A DNA stretch of 64,000 nucleotides from Azolla caroliniana (taxonomy: Eukaryota; Plantae; Polypodiophyta). Positions 48,650 to 60,600 of the stretch are shown in pieces (the stretch's first letter is position 1; each line of letters begins with the position of its first letter). Below the pieces are notes generated by a model. It was not told the DNA's origin. It saw only the letters and a program-made list of their open reading frames with translations, and did not search any database. The stretch spans positions 10,416,001-10,480,000 of the forward strand of contig JBHGNT010000008.1 in assembly GCA_043228905.1 (NCBI GenBank), written 5' to 3'. The translations under genes and the position numbers were made by a program.

Positions 48650-49520
48650 AAAGTCTCAACTTTCAGCATCATTCGAAATGAAGGATCTAGGGGACCTTCA
48701 TTACTTCCTCGAGATCGAAGTGATCTGAACCCTCGAAGGTATATTGATTAGCCAATGCCATTATGTGCTAAATATCTCTTCAAGTTTGGGGTGACGGATT
48801 GTAAGTTTGTTTCAACCCCTCTAGAAAAAAACGTGAAGCTTCGCCAAAATTCTGGAACAACGTGCAACCCGACACGGTTCCGAATCTATTTGACGATCAC
48901 TCGGCCGGACCTTAGTTACCCGGTCGGTTTGATCAATCAATTGATGTCGCAGGCATAGGCCGAACACCATCAGTGCGCGCACAGGATATTGCGATATGTC
49001 AGCAGCACTAAGGATAGTGCGTTGTTGTATCGGGCAAGAATAGCTGAGGAGTTAGTTTGCTACACGGATGCCGATTGGGCCAGAAATGCCGACGATCGTA
49101 GACCAACATCCGGATTTGCGTTTTCATTTGGAAGCGCCACGATCTTCTGGAGCAGTCGACAGTAGCAATGTCGAGCATTGAGGCCGAGTATCGAGAGGCG
49201 GTTGTCGCTATGTGTGAAGCCATTTGGCTCAATAGGCAATTGAAGGATCTACAGGTGGAGGTGTCTGAACCGACAGTGATACACTGCGACAAACCTCACC
49301 AACATCCAACTTGCGAAGAACCCTATCTTCAACGCTCAAACAAAGCACATCGAGGTCCACTATCATTTCATCTACGAGCAAGCCCTCTCTAGTGAAGTCA
49401 AACTTGTGTATGTTCCGATTGATCGGCAGGTTGCCGATATCTTCACCATTGAACCCCTTGGCCTAGACAAGTTGTGAAATTTGTCGAGTATGCTTGGCTT
49501 ACAACATCTTGCCATGCCAC
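48650..49520 (+). pseudogene. copia RT C-terminus/RNase H remnant
   Basis: MKDLGDLHYFL, YLTITRPDLSYPVG, YTDADWA, SSIEAEY, KHIEVHYHFI with frameshifts. Confidence 0.8.
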
Positions 49521-50059
49521 TGTTAGAGCTCTGTTCTAAAGTAAGAATATGATAATGATAACCAAGATAGATTAATAAGAAAGGAGAGAGAGAAAGACGG
49601 GTGCCAATCCACCCGACCACCTCCGAGCGAAGGGATCGAGATGGACTTGAGTCTTGATTAATGTCCCATACCATCATCATAGCGTCGAGTCATACGTGGT
49701 ACTGGCACGCTCACTACAAGAGTTGACCCACCACAAGAATAGAGTCTCGATGTAGTCAAGAGATGATGAAATGAGGGTAGCTAGGCCTCATATTTATAGC
49801 CAGACCCAAGGCCCCTAAGCAAGTTCACACTTTTGCCTAATGGGTTGTCTCAATCTCGAGGATTATGAGTAATCCTCCCCTTCTTTACACTCTCGTTTAA
49901 CCGTCACACTTTATCCACGTGTATAGAATACTATGGTACATTCTCACCACGGGATATTATATGGTCATGCTTGTAACGGACGAGCGTGAGGGCGAGGAGT
50001 GAAGTCGAAAAGGAGAGACATGAAGTCCAAAAAGCCGATTTCGACATGATTGATATCAC

Positions 50060-51145
50060 ACGCCTCCACACACGAATCCTTTATCAAATGTGTAGGGTCT
50101 TTGATAGTTAATCATTTGTTGACATATTGGCAAAGTATGTTGGATTTTGTGGAATGGCATCCTCTACAAGAAAGGGGATACATGTTCCAATTCATTACAA
50201 ATGGAGGTTTTAGCAACATCAACGTTGTTGAGGTGGGAAGGCAAACAACGTCTTAACCTTCAATTTAATCAGATGGCTAGGTTGGGTTTGGTATCAGTCA
50301 AGGAGGTTATGTTGGTGTCACAAAGAAGATTAATGGCCTTTCAAACAACAAGATCAACATTTCGTATTCCAAAAGGTTATACCTTTATTTGGGATAAGTT
50401 GCAATAATTACTATCTTCATATGAGGCGATTCTTGATTTAGATGGGGGCTCTCAAGAGCTCGATTGGATGTTTGTTGGAAATATGAGCTTTACTATGATC
50501 TCAACAAATGATGCTTATCATAAGTTGATTGACAAACATAAGTGGATAGAAGGAAGGGTTATAAAGATATAAGGTTTTCGTAAGCCCATTACTTGGTGGT
50601 TTCATGCGATCAAGGCAGGTTAGTGTTCTTGATTGATGCTACGATCTAAGGTATTCATTTGAAGAGTTATTGTTGGAGCTTTACCATTAGGGGATGCATT
50701 AAAAAAAAGAAACATTGCTAGAGGAACATGTTTCTTTTGTTCAGTGGAATTGGAACATAGTAGGCATCTATTTCTTTCATGCCCAATGGCTAGGATAGTT
50801 TGGAGGTGTATCAAATTAGTGTGGATGTCTCTAACTAGAGAAAGCCTATCTTCCTTTAGTTGGGTTTTTGCACATACGGAGAAAAATGAACTGATGCCTC
50901 ATTTCCAAATTATTTTTGAGTTCTTGTGGTATTGGGGGCTATGGTTCAATTGGAATATGCGGGATGCCTTCACTTTTGATTTGCAAGTTGGGGTAAGAAA
51001 ATATGTTGTAAAGTTAAAAGGACTTCTTTTGTGGCAATTGACAACGGTAGAGACATCACGAAATCTCAACCATGAAGAGAGAGAACTCTGCAAGGTCACA
51101 TATCATCATAGTCTTCGCCATTTGAATTGGTGTGTAAGGGGGTGA
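50060..51145 (+). pseudogene. L1-type LINE ORF2 3' remnant with zf-RVT domain
   Basis: GALPLGDALKKRNIARGTCFFCSVELEHSRHLFLSCPMARIVW...WFNWNMRD. Confidence 0.75.
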
Positions 51146-51388
51146 CATTGAGTTTGGAGTCGTCGTAGTAGTGATATTTAGATCCATAGATAGATAGATA
51201 GATAGATCTTTAGATCCCTAGGTATGTTGTATATGTACATAAGGTAATGTTCTGTCACGTGTCCTGCCCTTGTTCCCCTGCCCTTGTTCCGTCTGTCTGT
51301 CTGTCCGTATGAATGAATGTTAGTGACCATGGAAACATTTAAAATATGAAGAGATGGATTGCTGCTTTTCATTTCCACAGGGGGGACC

Positions 51389-54300
51389 ATGGCTCCTTCT
51401 CGGATATGGCTCAAGGTCGCAGGCGTCTCCGGTAAGATCTTTTCTCTCAAAGAAAAAATAACGAAGGAACAATTAAAAGGAAATCTCATTCAAAGCTTTC
51501 TGTTCTCTGTTTACATATTTTTTTTCATCAGCAATGGAAGCTTTAGGTTTACACCCATAATGTTCATAGAATACAAAGAAGAAAGAAAAAAGAAGAAAAC
51601 GCTCAGCTTTCTGTTTTCTGTTTCTTTTTATTTTCTCACCAGGAATGGCGGCTTTAGGTTTAGGCACATATGGAGCTCACATGTTCAAGCCACAGAATCC
51701 TTCTTACAAAGAGGCAAGCACTTTCGTCTTTGCATTCAGTTTTTATTCTCCATTTTGTCTTCTTTTATATTTGATCCTATACTATGATCAATATCTTGTA
51801 GCTTGAAAGAACATGCTTGCATGATCCTCCAGGATATACACACACACAAACATAGAGCTTAATCTCCTTTGCTTTTCCTTTTTTATCTTGGTCTTCATTT
51901 TATATCATACTTGCATGAAAGGCTAGGTTTAAGGAACATATTAGCTTGAGAAGTTTAAATGGCGTTATCTATCCACCCATCCATACATGAAAGGCTAGGT
52001 TTAAGGAACATATTAGCTTGAGAAGTTTAAATGGCGTTATCTATCCACCCATCCATCCACCTATCCATGTAGCTTAGTCTGATAAAAGAAGTACCTCATC
52101 TGAAGATAACCTTTGTCTCTTTATCATAGCTGAAGACCAACCTTGTTTCTTCAACAAATGCAAATACTTTATCTTTTTCTGTTGTTTTTGAATTCGGAAT
52201 AATTTGTATACTGTGAAAAACTAAGAGAATAAGGGTTCAGAGAAAAACCAAATATCTTATTTCTTATATCTTGTTCCTTTGGGCAACAATAGTTGTACTC
52301 AATAATGCATACAAATTATGAGTCTCAAGAATTTCTTGGTTTTGAAGGCACCAACTATGTTATTATGCCTGGGATATCCATGAGTCTTCTCCTTCGTATT
52401 AAGCATAATCATTCGCCTGCTGTTAATAAGATAATATTTTGTCTAATTTGTTTAGTCAGTTTTATCTCCCAATAAAATAACGATCCTTGACGAGGTTTCA
52501 TATGGTTTTTAAAATTGGTGGACTTATTATTGTATATACGAGAGCATCTATAGCATCATATGGATAATAGAGCAAAGTCCAGGTTTAATTTGCTCGGCAA
52601 GAAAAATCCTTAGGCATATGTGAACTGTAAGAGTTTGTAATTTCAGTAATTTTAGATGAATGCTTGCAAGTGGGATCAAATTTCTATATGTTTTTGATTC
52701 AAATTCTATAGTCTGTCTACTTGCAGTTTGGCGCATAAATTTATATGACTAGTACAATTCAATCATGGTGAATTTGTTGAGGTGTAGAGCTTTATCTTTT
52801 TAATCGTGGCAATTAGAAAATCGCATATTTGTCTTTGCATACTTGTCTCAATAGGGCAATATTGTAAATTCTCAATCATTGTTTCTTTTACGCACTCACG
52901 GTTATCATGCAATTGTTTTGAGTTGAATTGAATGGTAAAGTATCTCAATGAAGATGTCGTTTACCTTATGTCCAGTTTTCAGGAATGATATCTTCCTAAG
53001 TTCAAACACATCACAAGGGAGATGCATAAGATGCAGCACATCTACATATCTTAAGCATCTCTGAATCTAGATGCCCTTGGAGTTTTCCTTTTTTCACAAA
53101 TACCTTAACCTATAGAGGACTTAAATATGCTGGCAGATTATGAATCTATAAACTTAATAGAACACAGTTTTACATCAATTACCATAGAAAACTTCGGAAG
53201 TCTTGACCCCTCAAATCTTGACTAACAAAACAACAAATAAATGAGGAAAGACAAAGAACTAAAACTATTATTCTATCAGATGAAGAGCCTCATGGTCAAA
53301 TGCGTAGGAGGGAGTGCTTGAGCTAATTCATCATGATAGTGCAACTATTACCTGCCACAACATTTACATCATCACTTGATTCTCCTCCTTGCATCATGGA
53401 TAGTGCAATTAGTACCTGCCACAACATTTACATCATCATTTGATTCTCCTCTCTTTCCATTTTGCACCAGTGGAGGAGGATCAGAGCAACTAAATGTGAA
53501 CCAGTAGTTGTAGATAATTGGCCTTGTTCCACTAAATGAGCCCATCCTTCCAAATCTCTTCCTTCATTTCGGCTGGGTGTTTGTGCACTTATTCATTCCT
53601 TCCCCTGTGACACCTAGTGTGCTTCCAATTGATCAAGAACTCCTTTGGATGAAATGTCACAATTTGCTAGTGAAATGCCTAATCTCAATTCCTGTACTTA
53701 TCACCAAAACGTTTTGTGTTCCGGAGCATGCTTCATCCCATAATTCTCTCAGTGGTTTAATTTTTATTAGCCATTCTCAGCTGCAGCAGATTTAAGGGAA
53801 GAGCTCTATAATTGTTGCATGTGTGATTGATGCCTTGCTACCTGTGTAATGATTAATTTATGTCCTGCTATCCGTGCCATAATCAAATTATGCACTGCTA
53901 CCTGTATAATGATCAGTTGCTGCCCTCCTTCCTGTGTTGTTGATGTCCTGTTATCTGTGTATGTGCTGCTTTGCTACAAGTATATTTCCTCCCATCTGCT
54001 ACTTGTGTACTCATTGGCCTATTGCCTGTGCAATTGATGCATTTTTGGTGCCAAAAACAGTGCAGAATATATTGGGATGTTGGGCAAAACTTTCTGAAGA
54101 TGTTAATTAATTTTATCAAAATTCAGATTCATCTGATTTTTAAGATGTGTGTCAGTGCGGCACGTCTACAGTGTACGCATCTTATTTTAAGATGTGCACA
54201 TCTGTGGAACACTGATTTCTTCTATGACAGAATGGCTGTTTAGATGCTCTGATGTGTTTTTTGAATCTTCCCTTCAGATTTGCTAACTTATGCAACTCAC

Positions 54301-55049
54301 ATGATTCTAGTGAACTAGGGTGAGAGTTCATAAGCATTTACATATCTGTAGGTTACATTTGGTAAATTTTTCTCGTTTTGTCTTATTTAGGATAGCTATG
54401 CATATGAATGCCAAATGTTGGTGAAACAATAGGGTGCTGTTTCAGACACAGATCTTAGGATTTATCAATGCTTGGAGGGTAGCTAATGGGCCACCTCTAG
54501 CCTTAGTTAATCCCCAGTAATGTAGTTATGTCTATGTTGAGACTATCCTCACCTCATGAGGTTGATGTTTGAGATCTTATACGTGTAGGAGTTTTTGACA
54601 TGTACCTATATTTGATTTGGCTTTCAGGTATGGCAAACGGCTAGTTTGTATCATCTTGTTCACACATCTGCCCTCCTGGCAGCACCTCATACTAAACGCC
54701 CACACATTGTAAGTCTGATTTGGCCTGCAACTGTATGAACAAATCAATATTAGAAATGCATTCTATGACCCGATATCTGATATTTTTGTATAATATGTGG
54801 GCAGTTTGGAGGTCTTCTTACAACTGGCATTATTGCTTTCTCTGGAACGTGAGTAATAGTACTCGTTAATATTCTCAGTATTATTACAAAATGAACATTA
54901 CAAAGGTATTGCTTAACTAAAGTTACCAGTGAAAATGATCTCAATTTTGCAGTTGCTATACTGTTGCTTATCTAGAAGACAGGAAATTTTCATTTCTTGC
55001 TCCATTTGGTGGTTTTGCCTTCATTGGAGCTTGGGCATCCTTGTTGTAA
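51389..55049 (+). CDS. TMEM256: TMEM256/DUF423 small membrane protein, 5 exons: 51389-51431, 51643-51713, 54628-54708, 54805-54848, 54953-55049 (111 aa)
   Basis: Spliced product MAPSRIWLKVAGVSGMAALGLGTYGAHMFKPQNPSYKEVWQTASLYHLVHTSALLAAPHTKRPHIFGGLLTTGIIAFSGTCYTVAYLEDRKFSFLAPFGGFAFIGAWASLL. Intron phases are consistent; intron 2 is GC-AG. Confidence 0.93.
51914..52056. repeat. ~72-bp direct duplication in TMEM256 intron 2
   Basis: CATGAAAGGCTAGGTTTAAGG...CCACCCATCCAT occurs twice. Confidence 0.85.
53333..53451. repeat. ~62-bp direct duplication in TMEM256 intron 2
   Basis: GATAGTGCAA..TACCTGCCACAACATTTACATCATCA.TTGATTCTCCT occurs twice. Confidence 0.8.
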
Positions 55050-56627
55050 GACACTTTTTGAGCAGAAAAATTGACTCAGTGAAAGATTACTAGTAATTCT
55101 TTATCTTTGATGGGTACAGTGTATACCTTACATGTGAAGATTGCAATACCACTGCCAAAAGTGGCATTATTTTTCTGGGAGTATGAAGCAAGTATCATTG
55201 GTATTCTTATCCATATAAGGACTTAAGATGGGATAATAAAGTATCCTCCGAGAATTGACATACGTAAATTCGTTTGGATAAATTGTCTTATGCTTATTTA
55301 CTTGCGTTTTGCAGATGAAGTGCTTAACCATGCTATACATCTGAAATAGTTGTTTTCGAATTGTGGTATTTTGTAGCCACATGATATTTACCACACACTG
55401 ATTGAAATGTCACTAAAGCCATGCATGCAAAAATTTCAGTGATGTCTTAAGCAATAAGAAATTACATGTAAAGATGAACTTTGTCTATGTGATAAATTAT
55501 AATTAATTCTTCCGTTTTTTTCTAAAATTGAGAACCTACGTCAATGTGTGCATGTGCCATGTTTCATTCATAGAAATAAAGAACTTGAATAAAGATGGGA
55601 CTCAATTTTTTTTCACTAGAATAAAGAACCTATGTGTGGTTTTGCCTAGATGGGATCCTTAGTTTTGCCCCTTGTAATGGCATGTAAATAAGCAAATACG
55701 CCTTCATATTGTGGTTATTTTGGACTGAACTTTGAGCTACCTAAGAAATTCTAGAGCATACAGCATGAGCCACAAATGAATCTCATCATTTAATTTTGTC
55801 AAAGTCCGTGTTTCGTGAGTTTGGTTGGTTTTGAAAGACTTTTTTGGTTTCCATAGTCAATGGATCAAAGCTTCTTGTTGTGGCAATATTTTTAATCATT
55901 TGAGTCATCTGTGGGGAGGGTGCAATGATTTTCACTTGACGACAAGTTTAAAAAGGGATTGAGCTTGTTGGCCATGGGCTTTGACCAAAGCCTAAACCAA
56001 GCCAAAGTTATGACTTGTGTTGGTGTGCGTGGGAAGGGTAATTTGGGCTTAGGGTTAGATTAATGGTGATGAGAAGAAAGCATGTGTGCCACATGTCATT
56101 TGCATGCACTCTTGTTGGGAAGCAAGTATACACATTGCACGATGTTTGCATGCACATGAAATCATGTATAAAAAGGAGATTTTGGGGTTTTTGTTGTTTC
56201 AAGTTAACCGAGGGTAGGATTTTAGTTCAGGATAATCAAAGGCTATCAATGCATTATTACAACAATGTAGGATTTCTATATACTTAAGCATTGAATTGAT
56301 ATCTAATCAATCCTTCACTTTCTTGCTAAGTATTATAATTAATCCTTATTGTACTCCATCTCTTAGTTCAAAACATCAAGGGTCAACCTCAATGTGCACA
56401 AATATACAAATCTACATGACAACACAAGTAGAGGGAACTTCAACATATCATGGGTTATGGAAACAAACAAAACATTGGCTTGAATTGTGCTCATGAAAGT
56501 GGATTGTTTTTTTCTATCACGGCCTTGTGGAAGCAAATAGAACTTTGACTATGGTGGGTTTGTGGTAAAGGTTGAAACCAATTATGGTAAAGGAGATCAA
56601 GCATTTGCAAATCATATCAACTTAAAA

Positions 56628-56661
56628 CACGTTCGCGTTCACAAGTGGAAGGATTGCGCAT
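56628..56661 (+). repeat. Left terminal inverted repeat of the DNA transposon
   Basis: CACGTTCGCGTTCACAAGTGGAAGGATTGCGCAT, 32/34 match to the reverse complement of 39725-39758. Confidence 0.85.
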
Positions 56662-57673
56662 TCCACTTGTAGAATCTTCTTAAAACGAAGCAAATACACC
56701 CTCTCTACAAAAATTGGATGCACTAGTATCACATGTTCCTCAACTTGATGAGAATTTGCAAATATAAAAATACATGATAGATCTACGAGTGGAGATCATT
56801 AGAAATCATGCAAGTTTAGACATGTTGATAAGTTAATGTAGGCATAATAAAGTTCAACTATGGCTCAATATGTCACTACTGTGCGACAAGGGAAACACTA
56901 ACTTAAAGACTTATATTAATTAGGTAAGTTTTACAAAAATATGAGGTGTACTTGTATCTATACTAATAAAATGAGATATAATTTATACTTTGACCCATAC
57001 GTGCATGTATGTAATTGTGGAAAATGTAGGATAGTGCACATTAGGATAAGTGATTGGAATAACTAACTTATTAAAGTATTCAATACTTGTATTTAAAGTT
57101 GATCTAATCTATTCCTCAGTTTGTTCATATGGGATCAAACCATATGTGTATATAATTGTGCACAATGTAAGGCAGTGAACTTTAGGATAATGTCGTGGAA
57201 ATAACAAACCTATTAGGCTTTCATACCTGTATTTAAAATTGATCTACTCTATTGCTTAGGTGATTCACACAAGATCAAACTCCGAACGATAACGCAACTG
57301 GAACCATTATCAACACACTACACAATCTAAGCAGCAATGGAATAGAAACATAATAGTTTTAACAATAGAAGACAAAGATCCATAATAACAACATGGACAG
57401 TCATGGCAACAATTATAGGGTCATGTTCTGTTAAGGTTAGCTTGGACCAAAATCAGCCTCCATTTAAACTAGTTCATGTTTCTCCATAAGTTTGGTAGTC
57501 AGCTATGCACGCGGTGAAACCAATGTCATAAATCTACTAATCAAGTATATAAAAATAAAATTGAAACATATAGAAGATTATAAAGAATAGAATCCACTAG
57601 GTAAAACCCAAAATTTGTATTTATAATGTGAAATCTTAACAAATCGTCAGTGTCATATTCTTTATAGAGTCTA

Positions 57674-60600
57674 TTACATAGCAATCAATTCATCAACGTC
57701 ATTTTCTTCATCATCTTGTGTAGAACTGTCTTCGGCTATACGTGCATTGGTTTCCCCTGTTAGCCGAGCCAACAAAATATCTTCTATAAGCTCATCATCA
57801 AGCTCTATTAGCTCCCCCGGTTTGCCGGCTAACGGAGGAATAGGCTCTCGCGAAGCAGGTTGAAACCTTTCTGTATTGGCGAGGTTCTTTGCACCGACCT
57901 CCTCATCCTGGTCTGGGCACTCCCACAAAGCCTTAATCCGCATATTAATAAATATAACTTGGTCCTCATCCTTCTCCAATGCAACTGTATTTCTAAACAA
58001 CTTCAATGCACATGCTGACGTAGTTCCTATGATGTAAGTAACAAGAAGATTTAGTTGTCAAACGAAAAAAAAGTGATTGGTTATCTCAAGATCGTTACCC
58101 TAGTTCGAGGAATACCTGTGCCAGAAAAGAGATCTAATATCTAGTCTCCTTCGACAGAAAACATCTCGATCAAGCGCATCATAAGTCGTTGAGGTTTTTG
58201 GTATGGGTTGACAAGTCCCCGTTCTGTCGTGGTGACATGTCGCAATTTCCGAGTCACTGCTGGATATACCAACAGATTTGAACCTCCCACTTCATTAGAA
58301 TGCTCTTTGATTCTCTGTTTCTTAATTTCATCGAAGTAGCCAACCGTTATGTATTCAATGGCATTAACGAACCGAAAAGTTGGCCCTCTATTTACATTGG
58401 TCTTGATCCTATAAAAAATAATTCATCGAGTTAAGAATAGATTCAACAACCTTAAGAATTGCAATATAATGAAAGACACCTATAAATAATCCTTACCATG
58501 CAAGGTTCTCGATGCCATGGCAACGAGATCTCAAAGCTTGAGCTACCGAGTACCCTTGGTCCATACTATGAAAGACAACTATTCGCCACAAGGATGCGGT
58601 CGTTAGCTCAGCGAAATCCTTGACCATCTTCACCAATTGTTTAAACCTAAACGGTTCATCGTCGTATGATGACCCAGCCATTCGAAATCCGTAAGGAATA
58701 TCCGCAATCATTAGCGTATATTCCTTCTTTGGCACCTTCTGGATCAAGTCGATGACATCACCGCAAACCACATTGTAGTAAAGATCTCTCGTAATATCTT
58801 TTTTGTGGCTAAAATTTTTAAATGAGCCATCTTCCTCCATTTCGTACGCCTTGACTAAGCGACGATCCTTTTCTTTTCTGGCTCGCTCGAGATGTGCAAG
58901 GAAGGATGTAGGGAAATCGTGTATATCCTTAACTTCTCCTTGTTTCTTGCCTCGACACGGTTTCTAATAGAAGCAATAGGACATCAGGTATTATTATACA
59001 AGCTCTACATATGATGAAAGGGTAATGAAAAAACATGAATACTAACCCAATCCTTGAATGCAATAAAATACTCTGATAACGCCTTATACGAAGACGTTAG
59101 AGGATAATCCTCGGTCACTTGTTCCCAAGTTATACATCCAAGTTGTTTCATCATAACTTCTTGGATCTTCATGTACACCTTATGACTGTAAAATTAGAAA
59201 TCAAGATTAGAACTTTGAATTACACCAGATAGACTACAATTTCAGTACTTGAAAGACTTACTTATTGAACTCAGTGACCATTTCTTCAAGGCTTAAATCT
59301 TTCGCCACAACCCTTGACAAAACCGACACAAGAAGCTGCTCGTCCTTAATACCTTGCATCGCTCTCCATAGAGACAACTTCATGTCGTCTGCCGCTTCTT
59401 CAATTGTCAAGTCAATTTTCTTGGCGGCTTGTGACTTTAACTCTAGTTGAGGGTCAACCCTAGATTTCTTTTGTCGTTGACCCTTTACCTCCTTATTCTC
59501 CCACATTGAGAAGATTTGATCTTGTAGGTCCCATACTTCTCCATCTCTAAACGCCAATTGAAACCAAGACTCATACTTTCGAAGACCATTGGACCTAACA
59601 TTATCATCTACCACAATGCCGACTTCATGCAGACATTGACGTCGAAGGCCTGGATGTAACTTCACACCAAACTTTTGTTTCACATCTAAATACTCGTGGT
59701 GGAAGAACCGTATACGCTCAATAGACGACATTTTCTGCCTATAGTCATTATCATTATTATGGTCCCATGCCAACAGCTTAGCCTCTTCGGTTGTGAGCCC
59801 AACATAAATTTTGCACTCGGCATACTTGAAGAAGAAAGTGGTTGGATGTTCTCTCACAAGTTGCCGACGTGCCTCTGCTGAATGCGATCCACCAATGACA
59901 AAATAATTATATTGATCATGCTTTCTAATATCAAAATCTTCAATGGTTTCACATTCTTCAGGATCTACCATAACAATAAAAGGCACCACAGTGGCATGAG
60001 GATTAATTTTCATTTTTTTCTTGAGATTTTGAACATGCATGCGGTGAGGCTCTCTAATCTCAAGTGGTCTTCGACCTGTTTTTTCATCAATAGGGGGCCG
60101 ATGGATGTGTGTTATAGGCAAATTAAATACTTGCCCTTTCCTGACCAGCTTCCGTTGCATTAACTCTCTCCTTATTTTATTCTGCTCGGATGACAAAACA
60201 CCCGAGGCCAGCTCGGCTCCTGGCGTCCCCTTATTATCCTCTTCTTCATTTTCACTTATTGAATCCGTATCCGACATTTTCGTTGTCTTCTTCTTTGCTG
60301 GTCTTGACTGGACTTTGGATACCTTTTTTGTGGCCTTCAATGGGGAGGGCACTTCATCTCTTAGAGTTACATGGCCTTGTATATAAGGCCTCAAGGTAAC
60401 AATAAGGTTTTGTGAGTTATCAAGTGCTTTCTTGAACACTTCAGGCCCGCAAGATTCCTTTACTAAAAGGTCTTCTGAAAGGAACACTTTACGTACCCCC
60501 TTGGAGCACTCTATCATTACCAGTATGTTGGCCGAATCTGCATCTTCGTAGTCAAATCGTAGAATACGGCCATACATAAATGGGGTTTCTTTTCCAAGCT

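Noticed and set aside
49521-49980. Possible solo LTR beginning TGTTAGAG
   Set aside because: No clean CA end or TSD could be identified.
51750-56600. Short ORFs in the AT-rich region
   Set aside because: They fall in TMEM256 introns or 3' flank and have no recognisable motifs.
39725-56661. One composite transposon enclosing TMEM256 between the two TIRs
   Set aside because: Copy 1 homology and gene layout place the element bodies outside this interval, and retroelement sequence begins right after 39762. These are the right end of one copy and the left end of another.
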